Part shown: one piece after another, positions 29,475-39,389 of the stretch | How positions within the stretch are numbered: the stretch's first letter is position 1 | How the letters are laid out: every line of letters begins with the position of its first letter | Assembly (NCBI GenBank): GCA_963733195.1 | Contig: CAVTCR010000046.1 | Span: 1-44,989, forward strand | Direction of reading: 5' to 3' | Source: an uncultured delta proteobacterium | GTDB lineage: Bacteria; Desulfobacterota; Binatia; Bin18 | Length of the DNA: 44,989 nt | Notes under the pieces: model-generated | The model's database searches: none | Seen by the model: the letters and a program-made list of their open reading frames with translations, nothing else | What the model was told of the DNA's origin: nothing | Made by a program: the position numbers and the translations under genes

Positions 29475-30235
29475 ATGGTCAAGTTTGAGAACTACGTGAA
29501 CAAATACAAAACCATCCGCATGGAACGGCGGAATGGTATTCTCCAGATGCAATTGCATACCGACGGTAAAACCCTGCAATGGGGAGCGACTCCGCACGAA
29601 GAACTCGGCTATTGTTTTCAGGATATCGGCGCTGATCCAGAAAATAGGGCCGTTATTATGACGGGCACCGCGGATAAGTTTATTGCCGAGTTCGAGATGG
29701 GAAGTTTGGGCAAGATCACTCCCCGTTCCTGGGACCATATCTATTATGACGCTAAACGTCTTTTGATGAATTTGTTGGATATCGAAGTCCCGATGATCGC
29801 AGCAGTGAACGGGCCAGCGATTATCCACGCAGAACTCGCCGTCCTCTGTGATATCGTACTTGCTTCTGACACCGCTGTTTTTCAGGATGCGCCGCATTTC
29901 CCCGGCGGCTTGGTGCCGGGTGATGGAGTGCACGTTGTGTGGCCGCTCGTATTAGGCGCTAATCGTGGCCGGTACTTTCTCTTACCGGTCAGAAGTTGTC
30001 AGCCCAAGAATCGCTCAATCTTGGTGTGGTGAGCGAGGTACTACCACCAGACAAACTTCTCGCACGGGCATGGGAACTGGCAGAACAAATCGTTAAGAAA
30101 CCACCCCTCACTGTGCGTTATGCCCGTGTAGCAATGGTCCAGCAGATCAAGCGCTTGATGCTTGATAACCTTGGTTACGGGCTGGCTTTGGAAGGGCTCG
30201 GGGCATTAGACTATTGGCCGACTGGACAGGACTAA
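29475..30235 (+). CDS. Enoyl-CoA hydratase/isomerase family protein (frameshift near 29984)
   Basis: [23 protein letters not shown] and VPGDG; continues [14 protein letters not shown] in the second frame. Confidence 0.88.
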
Positions 30236-30350
30236 CAGAGGCTAGGGGTCGGTGACCAGGGACCAGTCAGAAAAGGAAATCTAAACCTCAACATCTACGT
30301 TCTTGCTGATCCCTGACCCCTAAAACCCGACCCCTGTCGCGGAGCGATAT

Positions 30351-31148
30351 ATGACCAAACGATTCGACGGTAAAGTAGCAATTGTCACCGCTGGTGGTTC
30401 TGGCATTGGTGCCGCGACTGCACGACGATTTACGCAAGAAGGTGCTGCGGTCGTCATTGCAGACCTCAGTGGCAAACGTGCGGAAGAAGTCACTGCTGGG
30501 ATCAAGGCGAGTGGTGGGAAAGTTGTGTGTCTCAAAATGGACGCCTCTGACCCCGAAGGCGTACAAACGGCTATCAAACTGGCACTCGATACCTATGGCC
30601 GACTCGACATTATGTTCAATAATGCCGGGGCGGCAGATGTGGCGTCACTCGAAGAGACCTCGCTGGAGCGTTGGAATCGCGTGTTGGCGGTGACACTCAC
30701 TAGCACGTTTCTTGGCATGAAGTATTGTCTGCCGATAATGCGCAAACAAGGCAACGGAGTGATTATCAACACAGCTTCAGTTTCCGGCACTGCGGGTGAT
30801 TATGGGTTGTCCTCGTACAACGCAGCAAAGGCGGGGGTGATCAATCTTACTCGTTCTGCCGCAATCGAAAATGCGCAATACGGCATCCGAGTGAATTGTG
30901 TCTGTCCAGGAGCAATTAATACACGAGCGGCGCAGATTCTTGGCCCAGGGCGAGAAGACGAGTTCCGTCGTTTGCAAGCCTCCGTGCATCCGCTCGGACG
31001 CATGGGCGAACCAGAGGAGATCGCCAACACGGTTTTCTTTCTCGCCTCTGATGAGTCGTCGTTCATCACCGGAGAAGCGATTATCGTTGACGGCGGCGTC
31101 TCCGCACACACTGGGTTTCCTAGTTTTCTCGAGATGCAGAAAAAATAA
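30351..31148 (+). CDS. Short-chain dehydrogenase/reductase
   Basis: TAGGSGIG, NNAG, YNAAK, RVNCVCPG and VDGG motifs. Confidence 0.95.
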   Translation: MTKRFDGKVAIVTAGGSGIGAATARRFTQEGAAVVIADLSGKRAEEVTAGIKASGGKVVCLKMDASDPEGVQTAIKLALDTYGRLDIMFNNAGAADVASLEETSLERWNRVLAVTLTSTFLGMKYCLPIMRKQGNGVIINTASVSGTAGDYGLSSYNAAKAGVINLTRSAAIENAQYGIRVNCVCPGAINTRAAQILGPGREDEFRRLQASVHPLGRMGEPEEIANTVFFLASDESSFITGEAIIVDGGVSAHTGFPSFLEMQKK

Positions 31149-31163
31149 CAGGAGGACTCTTAC

Positions 31164-32246
31164 ATGAAGTTCGGGCTAATGTATGAAATTCAGATCCCTG
31201 AACCGCACTATCCGGGTATCGTCCAAGACACCTACAAACAGGTGATTGCCCAGGTTATGCTGGCTGAAGAGATGGGCTTCGATCACTTCTGGACCGTTGA
31301 GCATCACTTTCTGACCGAGTTTTCCTATTGCCCGGCACCAGAGGTCCTCTACGGTGCTATCTCCCAACGCACCAGCAAAATTCGTATTGGCCATGCGGTG
31401 GCATTGCTTCCACCACAGTACAATCATCCTATTCGCGTTGCTGAGCGGGCTGCAGTGCTCGACATTCTCAGCGATGGGCGTTGTGAGCTTGGCACCGGAC
31501 GCTCTACGACGCTGATTGAAATGGGAGGCTTTGGTATCAATCCAGAAGAGACAAAAGCGATGTGGGAAGAAGCGGTGTCCATCATCCCGCGTATGTGGTT
31601 GGAAGATCCATTTTCACACGAAGGACATTTCTTCAAAATTCCTCCGCGTTCGGTCATTCCAAAGCCGGTACAAAAACCCCATCCACCACTGTGGGTGGCA
31701 TGCGCACAACCAGATAGTTTCACCGGTGCTGGCCAGAAGGGATTGGGCGCGCTTTGTTTCAACATTGGCCAGCCTGAAGAACTGACGCGACGCGTACAGT
31801 TGTACCGTGAGGCCATCAAGCAAGCAGAGCCGGTGGGCGCATTTGTCAACGATCAGGTAGCAGCACTTGGTATCGTGCATTGCGCCGAGAGTGACAAAAA
31901 GGCCAGGGAGGTCGGCGGTAAAGCAGGCATGTGGTTCCTGAATAAATCGTTACAACTCTATCGCCCGTGGCAGGAACAAGGAGTGAAGATTCCTGATTCC
32001 TACAAGTTTGCGGTGGGGGCTCTGCAAGGAGAGCGGACCGGGAAGTCCGTCGACGACCTCATCGACGGTGGCATGTTCTGTATGGGCAATCCAGACGCCT
32101 GCATTAACACCTTAAAGAAGTATCAAGCTGCAGGTGTCGATCAGGTCCTGTGTTTCATGCAATTCGGTGGTCTTCCGCACCAGGACATCATGGATTCAAT
32201 TCGCCTCTTCGGCAAACACGTCATTCCGTATTTTCGCCACGCCTGA
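31164..32246 (+). CDS. LLM class flavin-dependent oxidoreductase
   Basis: WTVEHHF, HPIRVAERAAVLDILSDGR and PKPVQKPHPPLW motifs. Confidence 0.93.
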   Translation: MKFGLMYEIQIPEPHYPGIVQDTYKQVIAQVMLAEEMGFDHFWTVEHHFLTEFSYCPAPEVLYGAISQRTSKIRIGHAVALLPPQYNHPIRVAERAAVLDILSDGRCELGTGRSTTLIEMGGFGINPEETKAMWEEAVSIIPRMWLEDPFSHEGHFFKIPPRSVIPKPVQKPHPPLWVACAQPDSFTGAGQKGLGALCFNIGQPEELTRRVQLYREAIKQAEPVGAFVNDQVAALGIVHCAESDKKAREVGGKAGMWFLNKSLQLYRPWQEQGVKIPDSYKFAVGALQGERTGKSVDDLIDGGMFCMGNPDACINTLKKYQAAGVDQVLCFMQFGGLPHQDIMDSIRLFGKHVIPYFRHA

Positions 32247-32254
32247 TGATCAAG

Positions 32255-32500
32255 TCACGCACCAAAGACGACTGTCAACATGCCGATCGACCCGTGCTCA
32301 ATACCATTGACAGCAAAGGCGGTCGGCTCGTTGTCGTTCTGGAGACATGCCACAAAAAGCAGTGGCATGTAATGATCAGGCGTGGGTACTGAAAGGTGGG
32401 CTACGGACCCTACCCCCTCATCATTTACCAACGCTCTGTGATTTTTCTTTTGCAATGCTTCGAGGACGCGTTCGTTGTACTGTACAAATGACATCCGAGA
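32255..32500 (-). pseudogene. C-terminal fragment of a YgiD/DODA-type extradiol dioxygenase
   Basis: AHLSVPTPDHYMPLL...IEHGSIGML matches the family C-terminus; the N-terminal two-thirds is absent. Left boundary approximate. Confidence 0.65.
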
Positions 32501-32531
32501 CTTCCACATTTTTCCCCTTCCTCTCTCGGCC

Positions 32532-33518
32532 TCACCCCAACATCGACTCCAGCACTTCTGCATTCACTGGTGTAGGCGGACGGTGGCCAGAAAGAAAAGC
32601 GGCAATATTCTTCGCCGCAAGGGTAGCCATACGGGTGCGTGTGGCGACACTGGCACTACCGACGTGCGGAACGATGAGACAGTTGTCTAATGACAGCAAA
32701 GGATCATCCAATGGAATCGGCTCTGGATCTGTCACATCAAGTGCGGCACCAGCAATCACTCCGTCCCGCAAAGCTTCATACAAAGCCCGTTGATCAACGA
32801 TCGGTCCGCGCGCCGCGTTAATGAGAAACGCCGTCCGTTTCATCAACTGAAACTGAGACGTTGAGAGCAGGTGACGAGTCTCTGGTGAGAGGGGAACGAG
32901 GACCACAACAAAATCTGATTCATGCAATAGTGTTGGCAGGTCAACCCACGTACAACCGAATCGCTCTTCTGTTTCAGGGTTCCGACCACGATTGGTATAG
33001 AGGACCCGCATGTCGAAACCTTGCGCACGTTTGGCAACTTCGGTGCCGATGCGTCCTAAGCCGATAATCCCAAGGGTAGCGTGGTGAACGTCGGTACCAA
33101 GGAAAACAAACGGGCTCCACGTCGGCCAACTTCCTGAGCGGACAAGGCGTTCTCCTTCGCCAATTCGTCGAGCGATAGCAAGAATCAAGGCAAATGCGAG
33201 ATCTGCCGTAGTCTCGGTCAGCACCCCTGGAGTATTGGTAAAAACAATTCCATGACGCGTCAGTGCTGGGACATCGACATTGTCATAACCGACAGCCATA
33301 TTGGCGACAATCCGCAGCTGAGGGGCATGCGATAAGAGGTCTTCATCAATACGTTCGGTTACCATGCAGAGGAGTGCATCAGTGTCGTGCACTTCTTGAA
33401 GTAGAACGTCTCGCGAGATAGCTTGGTCGCGTTCCCACACCTTGAGATCACCATACGGACGCAGTAAAGCAAGGGCCGTCTCTGGAATTTGGCGTGTGAC
33501 ATAGATTTTCGTGGGCAT
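32532..33518 (-). CDS. D-glycerate dehydrogenase / glyoxylate reductase
   Basis: AVGYDNVD, NTPGVLTETTAD, GLGRIG, NAARG and PHVGSA motifs; start MPTKIYV follows GGAGG. Confidence 0.93.
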   Translation of the reverse strand: MPTKIYVTRQIPETALALLRPYGDLKVWERDQAISRDVLLQEVHDTDALLCMVTERIDEDLLSHAPQLRIVANMAVGYDNVDVPALTRHGIVFTNTPGVLTETTADLAFALILAIARRIGEGERLVRSGSWPTWSPFVFLGTDVHHATLGIIGLGRIGTEVAKRAQGFDMRVLYTNRGRNPETEERFGCTWVDLPTLLHESDFVVVLVPLSPETRHLLSTSQFQLMKRTAFLINAARGPIVDQRALYEALRDGVIAGAALDVTDPEPIPLDDPLLSLDNCLIVPHVGSASVATRTRMATLAAKNIAAFLSGHRPPTPVNAEVLESMLG

Positions 33519-33606
33519 GTTCCGCCTCCCGGAGAAAAATGGCATAAGGGTGAACGTCATCATTAAGAAGGGTCGGCCGGAAAGCAACCCGCACGGGAGG
33601 ATCGTT

Positions 33607-34014
33607 ATGAAAGAGCCGCCATCAGAGAAAAGCATGCAGCGTATGCGTGTATACGTACAGAAATACTGGGAAAAAAGTGGCACGTTTCCCCATCCTGACA
33701 AAGAAGTGACCGAAGCCGTCGTCCTCGGACTCGCTGGAAACATCGATGAAGTTGGACGACCGTTGTGTCCGTGTAATTTCTACCCAGACAAGAAGGCCGA
33801 GCTCGACCGCAGTCGCGAATGGGTCTGTGCCTGCGATGAAATGAAACAATGGAAGTATTGCCATTGCCTACTGTTTGTGACACCAGAGGGGATGCCAATC
33901 ACAGAGCATCTTCCTGAAGATCACGAAGGCCGGCAAATTTACGGCTTGGTGAAAGACCCTACCCCTGGCAAGGGACGTGAGGCGTTCAAAGCAGCCAACG
34001 AAACAGAAGAATGA
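33607..34014 (+). CDS. Ferredoxin:thioredoxin reductase catalytic subunit
   Basis: CPC...CAC...CHC cysteine triad; GGAGG RBS before the ATG at 33607. Confidence 0.88.
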   Translation: MKEPPSEKSMQRMRVYVQKYWEKSGTFPHPDKEVTEAVVLGLAGNIDEVGRPLCPCNFYPDKKAELDRSREWVCACDEMKQWKYCHCLLFVTPEGMPITEHLPEDHEGRQIYGLVKDPTPGKGREAFKAANETEE

Positions 34015-34047
34015 CAGGCGTTCGCTACAATAGAAGGAGGAAAGGTT

Positions 34048-34932
34048 ATGAAAATCGGATTTTTTGCTGTTGGTATCGGCCCTGCGGCTGACCCCGAAAT
34101 CCTCGCAACGACGGCCCAGACTGCCGAGACGTGCGGGTTTCACTCGTTGTGGGCTCCAGAGCATGTCGTGCTGATTGACCAGTACGTTTCCAAATATCCC
34201 TACTCAGCAGACGGCAGATTGCCGATGCCAACGACCAAGATTGACATTCTGGACCCCTATGTCGCCCTGACCTACGCAGCGGCGCTGACCAAAAAGATTC
34301 GTCTTGGGACGGGTATCAGTTTGATCCCAGAGCGCAGTCCTGTTGTCACGGCAAAAGAAGTTGCCAGTCTGGATAAATTGTCCGGTGGTCGTTTTGATCT
34401 AGGCGTGGGTATTGGTTGGCTCGCAGAAGAATTCACTGCGGTTAACGTGCCGTGGGAACGGCGAGCCGAACGGACGCGCGAGTATCTCAAAGCGATGAAG
34501 CTCCTGTGGACCAACGAAGAGCCCGAGTTCAAGGGCGAATTTCTCAGTTTTCCTAAAGTGCGCATGTATCCCAAGCCAGTGCAGAAGCCATATCCACCGA
34601 TCATCTTCGGTGGCGAGAGCACCCCGGCCCTCAAGCGTGTAGGGGAAGTGGGAGATGGTTGGTTTGGTGTGAATGTGACTCCGGAAGCTGCGCCAACCTT
34701 GATTGCACGCATGAAGCAATATGCGCAGGCGGCAGGACGTGGCAACGTGAAACTCTCGTTCGCCGTATCGCCCGGCATCGGCTCACCGGTCGAACTCGAC
34801 GCGATCAAGCGATACCGCGACGCAGGTGTGGACCAAGTGATTGTCGGCGCGATTCCGAGTGACGCAAAGACAGTGAAAGGTGCGATCGAGCAGTTGGCGG
34901 AAAAGCTAGTCGTCCCGTCGGCGAAGCTATAG
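34048..34932 (+). CDS. LLM class F420-dependent oxidoreductase (Rv2161c-like)
   Basis: WAPEHVV, LDP, AKEVASLDKLSGGR and GIGWLAEEF motifs. Confidence 0.9.
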   Translation: MKIGFFAVGIGPAADPEILATTAQTAETCGFHSLWAPEHVVLIDQYVSKYPYSADGRLPMPTTKIDILDPYVALTYAAALTKKIRLGTGISLIPERSPVVTAKEVASLDKLSGGRFDLGVGIGWLAEEFTAVNVPWERRAERTREYLKAMKLLWTNEEPEFKGEFLSFPKVRMYPKPVQKPYPPIIFGGESTPALKRVGEVGDGWFGVNVTPEAAPTLIARMKQYAQAAGRGNVKLSFAVSPGIGSPVELDAIKRYRDAGVDQVIVGAIPSDAKTVKGAIEQLAEKLVVPSAKL

Positions 34933-34952
34933 GCCAAACTTACACCAGGTTC

Positions 34953-34984
34953 GGTGGGCAAAAGCGGAGCGTTGCCCACCCTAC
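34953..34984 (-). repeat. GTAG-family REP hairpin
   Basis: Reverse complement GTAGGGTGGGCAACGCTCCGCTTTTGCCCACC, between convergent genes. Confidence 0.7.
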
Positions 34985-35017
34985 TTCTATCCCTCTCTAA
35001 GAACTGGAAACTGGCAA

Positions 35018-35485
35018 CTATTCCAGGAGAACCTCCACCGCTTTCCCATGTCCGATCGACGAACCGACCATCCCTGCAAGACGGGCACCAACATATTTCG
35101 TCCTAAACAAACTATGAATTCGCTCAGTCTCTTTTTGATCGTCAATGAATTTTGCTTTACCTGCCAATGACACCGAGCCAATCTTGAGGGCCATTTGCGG
35201 GTTCTTCTTAAGGTTCTGATACCAATCAGACTTTCCCCCTTTTCCAGATTGTAAATACAGGTGACCCTGGTCGTAGACAAACCAGATTGGTTTGGTGTGC
35301 GCCTTGCCACTCTTGCGACCAGTTGTCGTAAGATCAACTGTCGATTCGTTGGCAACTTTCTCCAAGTCTGCTGTAGTAACCGGCTTTGCTTCTTGAGCAA
35401 AAAGAAAAACTGAAGGGCTCACACATAGCGCCATCCCGAAAATCAAAGCAAGAAACCATCGCTCACAGTCATATTTTGCCGTCAT
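35018..35485 (-). CDS. Deazaflavin-dependent nitroreductase (Ddn/FDOR)-like protein with signal peptide
   Basis: LTTTGRKSGK...PIWF...SDWYQNLKKNP; hydrophobic N-terminus ending LFA-QE. Confidence 0.82.
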   Translation of the reverse strand: MTAKYDCERWFLALIFGMALCVSPSVFLFAQEAKPVTTADLEKVANESTVDLTTTGRKSGKAHTKPIWFVYDQGHLYLQSGKGGKSDWYQNLKKNPQMALKIGSVSLAGKAKFIDDQKETERIHSLFRTKYVGARLAGMVGSSIGHGKAVEVLLE

Positions 35486-35623
35486 TTGTCCTCCTCATTC
35501 ATCGTTCAGCGTTCAGCATTTCTTTGCATTCTTCATTCTTCATTGACTTCCCGCAATCCCTTGCTTTGCCGCTGTCTTGAAGTGTGGTAGATGCTCGGCA
35601 ACATACCTCAAAGGATAGACACT

Positions 35624-36564
35624 ATGACTACTCCCGTGTGCGTTTTGGCCTTTCGCTCACGACCTCCCATCCACAAAGTACTGACCCACAGCAATGTGTT
35701 CGCGATCTTTTGGAGCGAGTGCAGACCGCCCGCGAGCTAGGTTTTCATTCTGTATGGGTTGGCGATCATCATGTGACTCCGCATCATTATCTACAAAACA
35801 TTCCGATGATTGCCCGAATCTCCGCGGTCTCCGGCACGATGCAGATTGGTGCGTTATTCATGCTGCCACTTTTTCACCCGGTGTTACTTGCCGAACAGAT
35901 TGCGACACTCGACGTGATCTGCGAAGGACGCTTTACGCTCAAAACTGCCGGTGGTGGGCAACAAGATGCCCATGCAGCTTTCGGCATCCCGTGGAAGGAG
36001 CGGGCTGGTCGCTTTGAGGAATGCCTAGAGATCATGCGGAAGCTCTGGACTAGTGATAACGTGACCCATCAAGGAAAATACTGGCAGTTCTCTAATGTGA
36101 CCATCAACCCTAAACCCGTACAGCAGCCACTGCCGGTGTGGCTTGGTGGCGATGCCGATGGTCCAGTGCGCCGTGCCGCTCGTCTCGTTGACGGTTGGCT
36201 CATTGCTCCGTGGATGTCCCTCCGTCAATGCGAAGAACGGATTGGATTCTACCGTAAAGCACTACAAGAATACGGGCGGACTGTCAGAGAACTCCCTATT
36301 CGTCGCGACATTTACGTTGCCCCAGATCTCGTTACGGCAAAAAAGCATGCTGATCCGGTTATTCAGTCCGGCTACCGTGGGTTTACTGGTGAGAAACTCG
36401 AAGCGTTATTCGTCGGCGGTCCGGACGAGGTCATCGCCGAGATTGAGAAATATCGCCGCCTTGGCTGTAATCACTTTCTCTTTCGTCATATCGTCCGTGA
36501 GCAGAGTCAGATGTTATCGTCTATCCGTCTTTTGGGAGAGAAAGTCATTCCCAATTTCCAGTGA
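35624..36564 (+). CDS. LLM class flavin-dependent oxidoreductase (probable 1-nt indel after codon 4)
   Basis: WVGDHH, HPVLLAEQIATLD and PKPVQQPLPVWLGG motifs. ATG at 35624 follows AAGGA; the ORF track starts at 35584. Confidence 0.88.
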
Positions 36565-36629
36565 GGACCTTTTCTCCGCAACAAAGAGTTGGTAGCGTAG
36601 AAGAAGTTTACATGCAGAGGAGGAGCCCT

Positions 36630-36963
36630 ATGGCAACCCAGTATCCATTTCACGATCGCGGATGAGGCAATCGATGTTTGCGCAGGAAAGTGTGAGAAAC
36701 CCAGCATCACATTGACTATGAAGGAGAGCGATTACCTCGATATGATCAACGGCAAGCTCAACGGTCAGATGGCGTTTATGACGGGAAAATTGAAGATTGC
36801 TGGCGATATGGGACTCGCTCTCAAACTGCAAAGTCTATTCAAGCCCAGTGCAGGTGGTTCCCCAGCCACAACCGTACAACAAGTGATGGATGGCATGAAG
36901 GATACATTTAATAAAGATGCTGCCAAAGGGATGAATGCCACGTTTCAGTTTGATTTAACCTAA
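36630..36963 (+). CDS. SCP2 sterol-binding domain protein, permuted or rearranged (1-nt insertion near 36645)
   Basis: GKLNGQMAFMTGKLKIAGDMGLALKLQSLF followed by TVQQVMDGMKDTFNKDAAKGMNATFQFDLT; AGGAGGAG RBS. Confidence 0.75.
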
Positions 36964-36977
36964 CAGATCGTGAAAGA

Positions 36978-37001
36978 GGGCGCAGTATGCTGCGCCCCTA
37001 C
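36978..37001 (-). repeat. GTAG-family REP hairpin
   Basis: Reverse complement GTAGGGGCGCAGCATACTGCGCCC. Confidence 0.65.
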
Positions 37002-37080
37002 ATTTCCCCCTTTACCATTTACTTGTTTCCTCTCTTATCCGTATTGCCGTTTCGTCGTTTTCCCATTTTCTCTTCGCGGC

Positions 37081-38286
37081 TCATCGGTACAATAGCACCG
37101 ACTCGCGTTCACTGCGCCAGGTAGCCTCGTCTGGGTGAGCAAGAGCATCGAGGTCAGCGGGTGTGGCCGCAGGATCATCGATCCATTGGCGTAACAGCGG
37201 ACTACCGGTGATCAAATCGATAGCCAGCCGGTCGCGTTCGTATTCATAGGGAAAGTCACGCCACAGATCAAAGTCCGGTCGCAGAGTCCGTAAGGATTTG
37301 AACGCCAGCGAGAGTAATCGCCAGGGCCGAAACGTGTCATGATTGTAGCTCGCGTCTTCAACGTGAATCTGTATGCCCGCGCATAGCTTGCCAACGTGCT
37401 TATGAAACGTCGGCTCGAACCAACATTCCCTTAGTCGACAGCCATGCAGCCAGTGTGGTGCAAGGGATTCCATCTTTGCGAGGAGCGAACGAGGGGCAAG
37501 ATCTGGCGCCCCGAAAAGCTCTAAAGGGTGCGTCGTGCCACGCCCCTCGGAAAGTGTCGAGCCTTCCAGCATCACTGTTCCAGCGTAGCAGCGGACCATC
37601 CAGAGATTCGAGGCGTTCGGGCTGGGATTCACCCAGGTGCGCTCGCCGAGCGGCCAGCCATATCCCGGTGCGCTCGTAGGGTTCCAGCCGTTCATGGTTA
37701 CGACTGTGCATTCAACATCTAAATGCAACGTCTTCACAAACCATCCCGCGAGTTCACCCAGAGTGAGACCATGACGCATCGGCAGCGGTCCCGCGCCGAC
37801 AAAGCTTTCCCAGCCCGGTCGCAGCCGCAGACCTTCCACCGGACGACCTGCCGGATTGGGTCGGTCAAGAATCCAGACCGCCTTCCGGTGCTCCGCAGCC
37901 GCTTCGAGGACGTATCGTAGTGTTGTGACAAAGGTATAGATGCGACAGCCCACATCCTGCAGATCGACGAGCAGAACGTCGAAGCTGTCCATCATCGCTG
38001 GTGTGGGACGGCGCACTTCGCCATAGAGGCTGAAGATCGGAATCCCGTGGATAGGGTCGTTGAAGTCTGGTGACTCGACCATATTATCCTGCTTGTCCCC
38101 GCGCAGTCCGTGTTGCGGACCGAAGGCAGCAACGAGCTTGATGTCGTTGAGCGCCGCGAGCGCGTCGAGAGAGTGAACTAGATCGCGTGTCACCGACGCT
38201 GGGTGAGCAAGCAACGCCACGCGGCGACCGGCGAGAGGTTTTCGTAGGGCAGGCTCTTCCAGCAGACGATCGATTCCGAACTTCAT
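37081..38286 (-). CDS. DUF1343 / NamZ-like exo-beta-N-acetylmuramidase family protein
   Basis: FGPQHG, SLYG, DLQDVGCRIYTF, LDRPNP, RHGLTLGEL and SEGRGTT motifs. Confidence 0.9.
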   Translation of the reverse strand: MKFGIDRLLEEPALRKPLAGRRVALLAHPASVTRDLVHSLDALAALNDIKLVAAFGPQHGLRGDKQDNMVESPDFNDPIHGIPIFSLYGEVRRPTPAMMDSFDVLLVDLQDVGCRIYTFVTTLRYVLEAAAEHRKAVWILDRPNPAGRPVEGLRLRPGWESFVGAGPLPMRHGLTLGELAGWFVKTLHLDVECTVVTMNGWNPTSAPGYGWPLGERTWVNPSPNASNLWMVRCYAGTVMLEGSTLSEGRGTTHPLELFGAPDLAPRSLLAKMESLAPHWLHGCRLRECWFEPTFHKHVGKLCAGIQIHVEDASYNHDTFRPWRLLSLAFKSLRTLRPDFDLWRDFPYEYERDRLAIDLITGSPLLRQWIDDPAATPADLDALAHPDEATWRSERESVLLYR

Positions 38287-38894
38287 TAGTTTTCCTTTTC
38301 TGTGGTTTCTCTCTTCGGTAGTACGATCTCCAACGCAAAGGAGTCAGGATGATGGAAATCAGGCTTGCCGGGCGGGTGTTTGAGTGCCCAGTAAGACAAC
38401 TTCCCACTGTCATCTTCGATCACCGCAGATAACGCCAGTCGTAGTGGCTGTGTCGCCAGTAGATGCGGTAGGCGAGTACGAGTGTCAAGTTCGAGACGAT
38501 CTGCTGTCCTACGCACGAGAATCTGAGGCACGTGCGCTTCCTCTGCAAGTGACGTGCGGTCACGATAGCCACGAAATTGATACACTGCCCATTCGCTCGA
38601 AGGAGAAAAATTAAACTCCCAATACGCCGAATTGCCTTTTGCAGAAACGAACGCCTCAAAGCAGGTATGCTGCCAAAGGCCGTCGACTTTGGCTGGCAGT
38701 TGCGTCGGTGGAATCCACAGGCGACTACAGTCACCTGTAAGAGTATAGATCAGTGCAAACACGCCATCTTGCTGCCAGCCAATACGCACTGCGATCTCAT
38801 GTACAGCCTGATTGATCGTCGTAGGGTGACACATGAGCACGGTAGTGCACGTCAGAGAGTACTCGATCATGTTGGTAGACTCAGCCATAAACAT
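38286..38894 (-). CDS. DOMON-like domain protein (start uncertain)
   Basis: LWQHTCFEAF, YWEFNFSPS.EW..Y.F..YR and SYWALKHP..KPDFHH motifs. Confidence 0.8.
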   Translation of the reverse strand: MFMAESTNMIEYSLTCTTVLMCHPTTINQAVHEIAVRIGWQQDGVFALIYTLTGDCSRLWIPPTQLPAKVDGLWQHTCFEAFVSAKGNSAYWEFNFSPSSEWAVYQFRGYRDRTSLAEEAHVPQILVRRTADRLELDTRTRLPHLLATQPLRLALSAVIEDDSGKLSYWALKHPPGKPDFHHPDSFALEIVLPKRETTEKEN

Positions 38895-39389
38895 ACCTGA
38901 TGGTGAAGGTTACCGTGTTGCCAGGTATGAAAGGCGAAAACAAGAATACAATTCCCTAAGCCCAGGCGAAAGTAGCACTGTCAGCGAGAGTGTTTGGCAC
39001 TCCTTATACCCACGTGACAATGGGTCCCTTCTCTCCTGGTGGGAAATGGGTCCTAGACTCCTCCCTTTGACTTTCCGCGACCCCGGGCCTCGGACGCTGG
39101 ATTTCTTCCCCATTCATTATTCTGCATTCTACATTCATCATTATTTGATGACGCTGGGATTCGGCTTTGCCTCATCTCAGCCTGCGTTACTGTCAATTCT
39201 CATTTCCATGCTGTCTTCAAAATTTTCCACCATAGATTCGTGACACGTCTGAAAGCCTCCTAGGAACTTCAGCTACTTTTCGCTTTTCCGCTGTACTTAT
39301 TCTCTATCTACACCCGAAGAATGACCACCTCGGCGACGGGCCCAATTCTTGCTCATTCCTCCACATTGATGCTCAGGGCTCATGACATT

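Noticed and set aside
29382-30335. CRISPR array
   Set aside because: Only short degenerate 7-mers; no constant 25-40-nt repeats with spacers and no cas genes.
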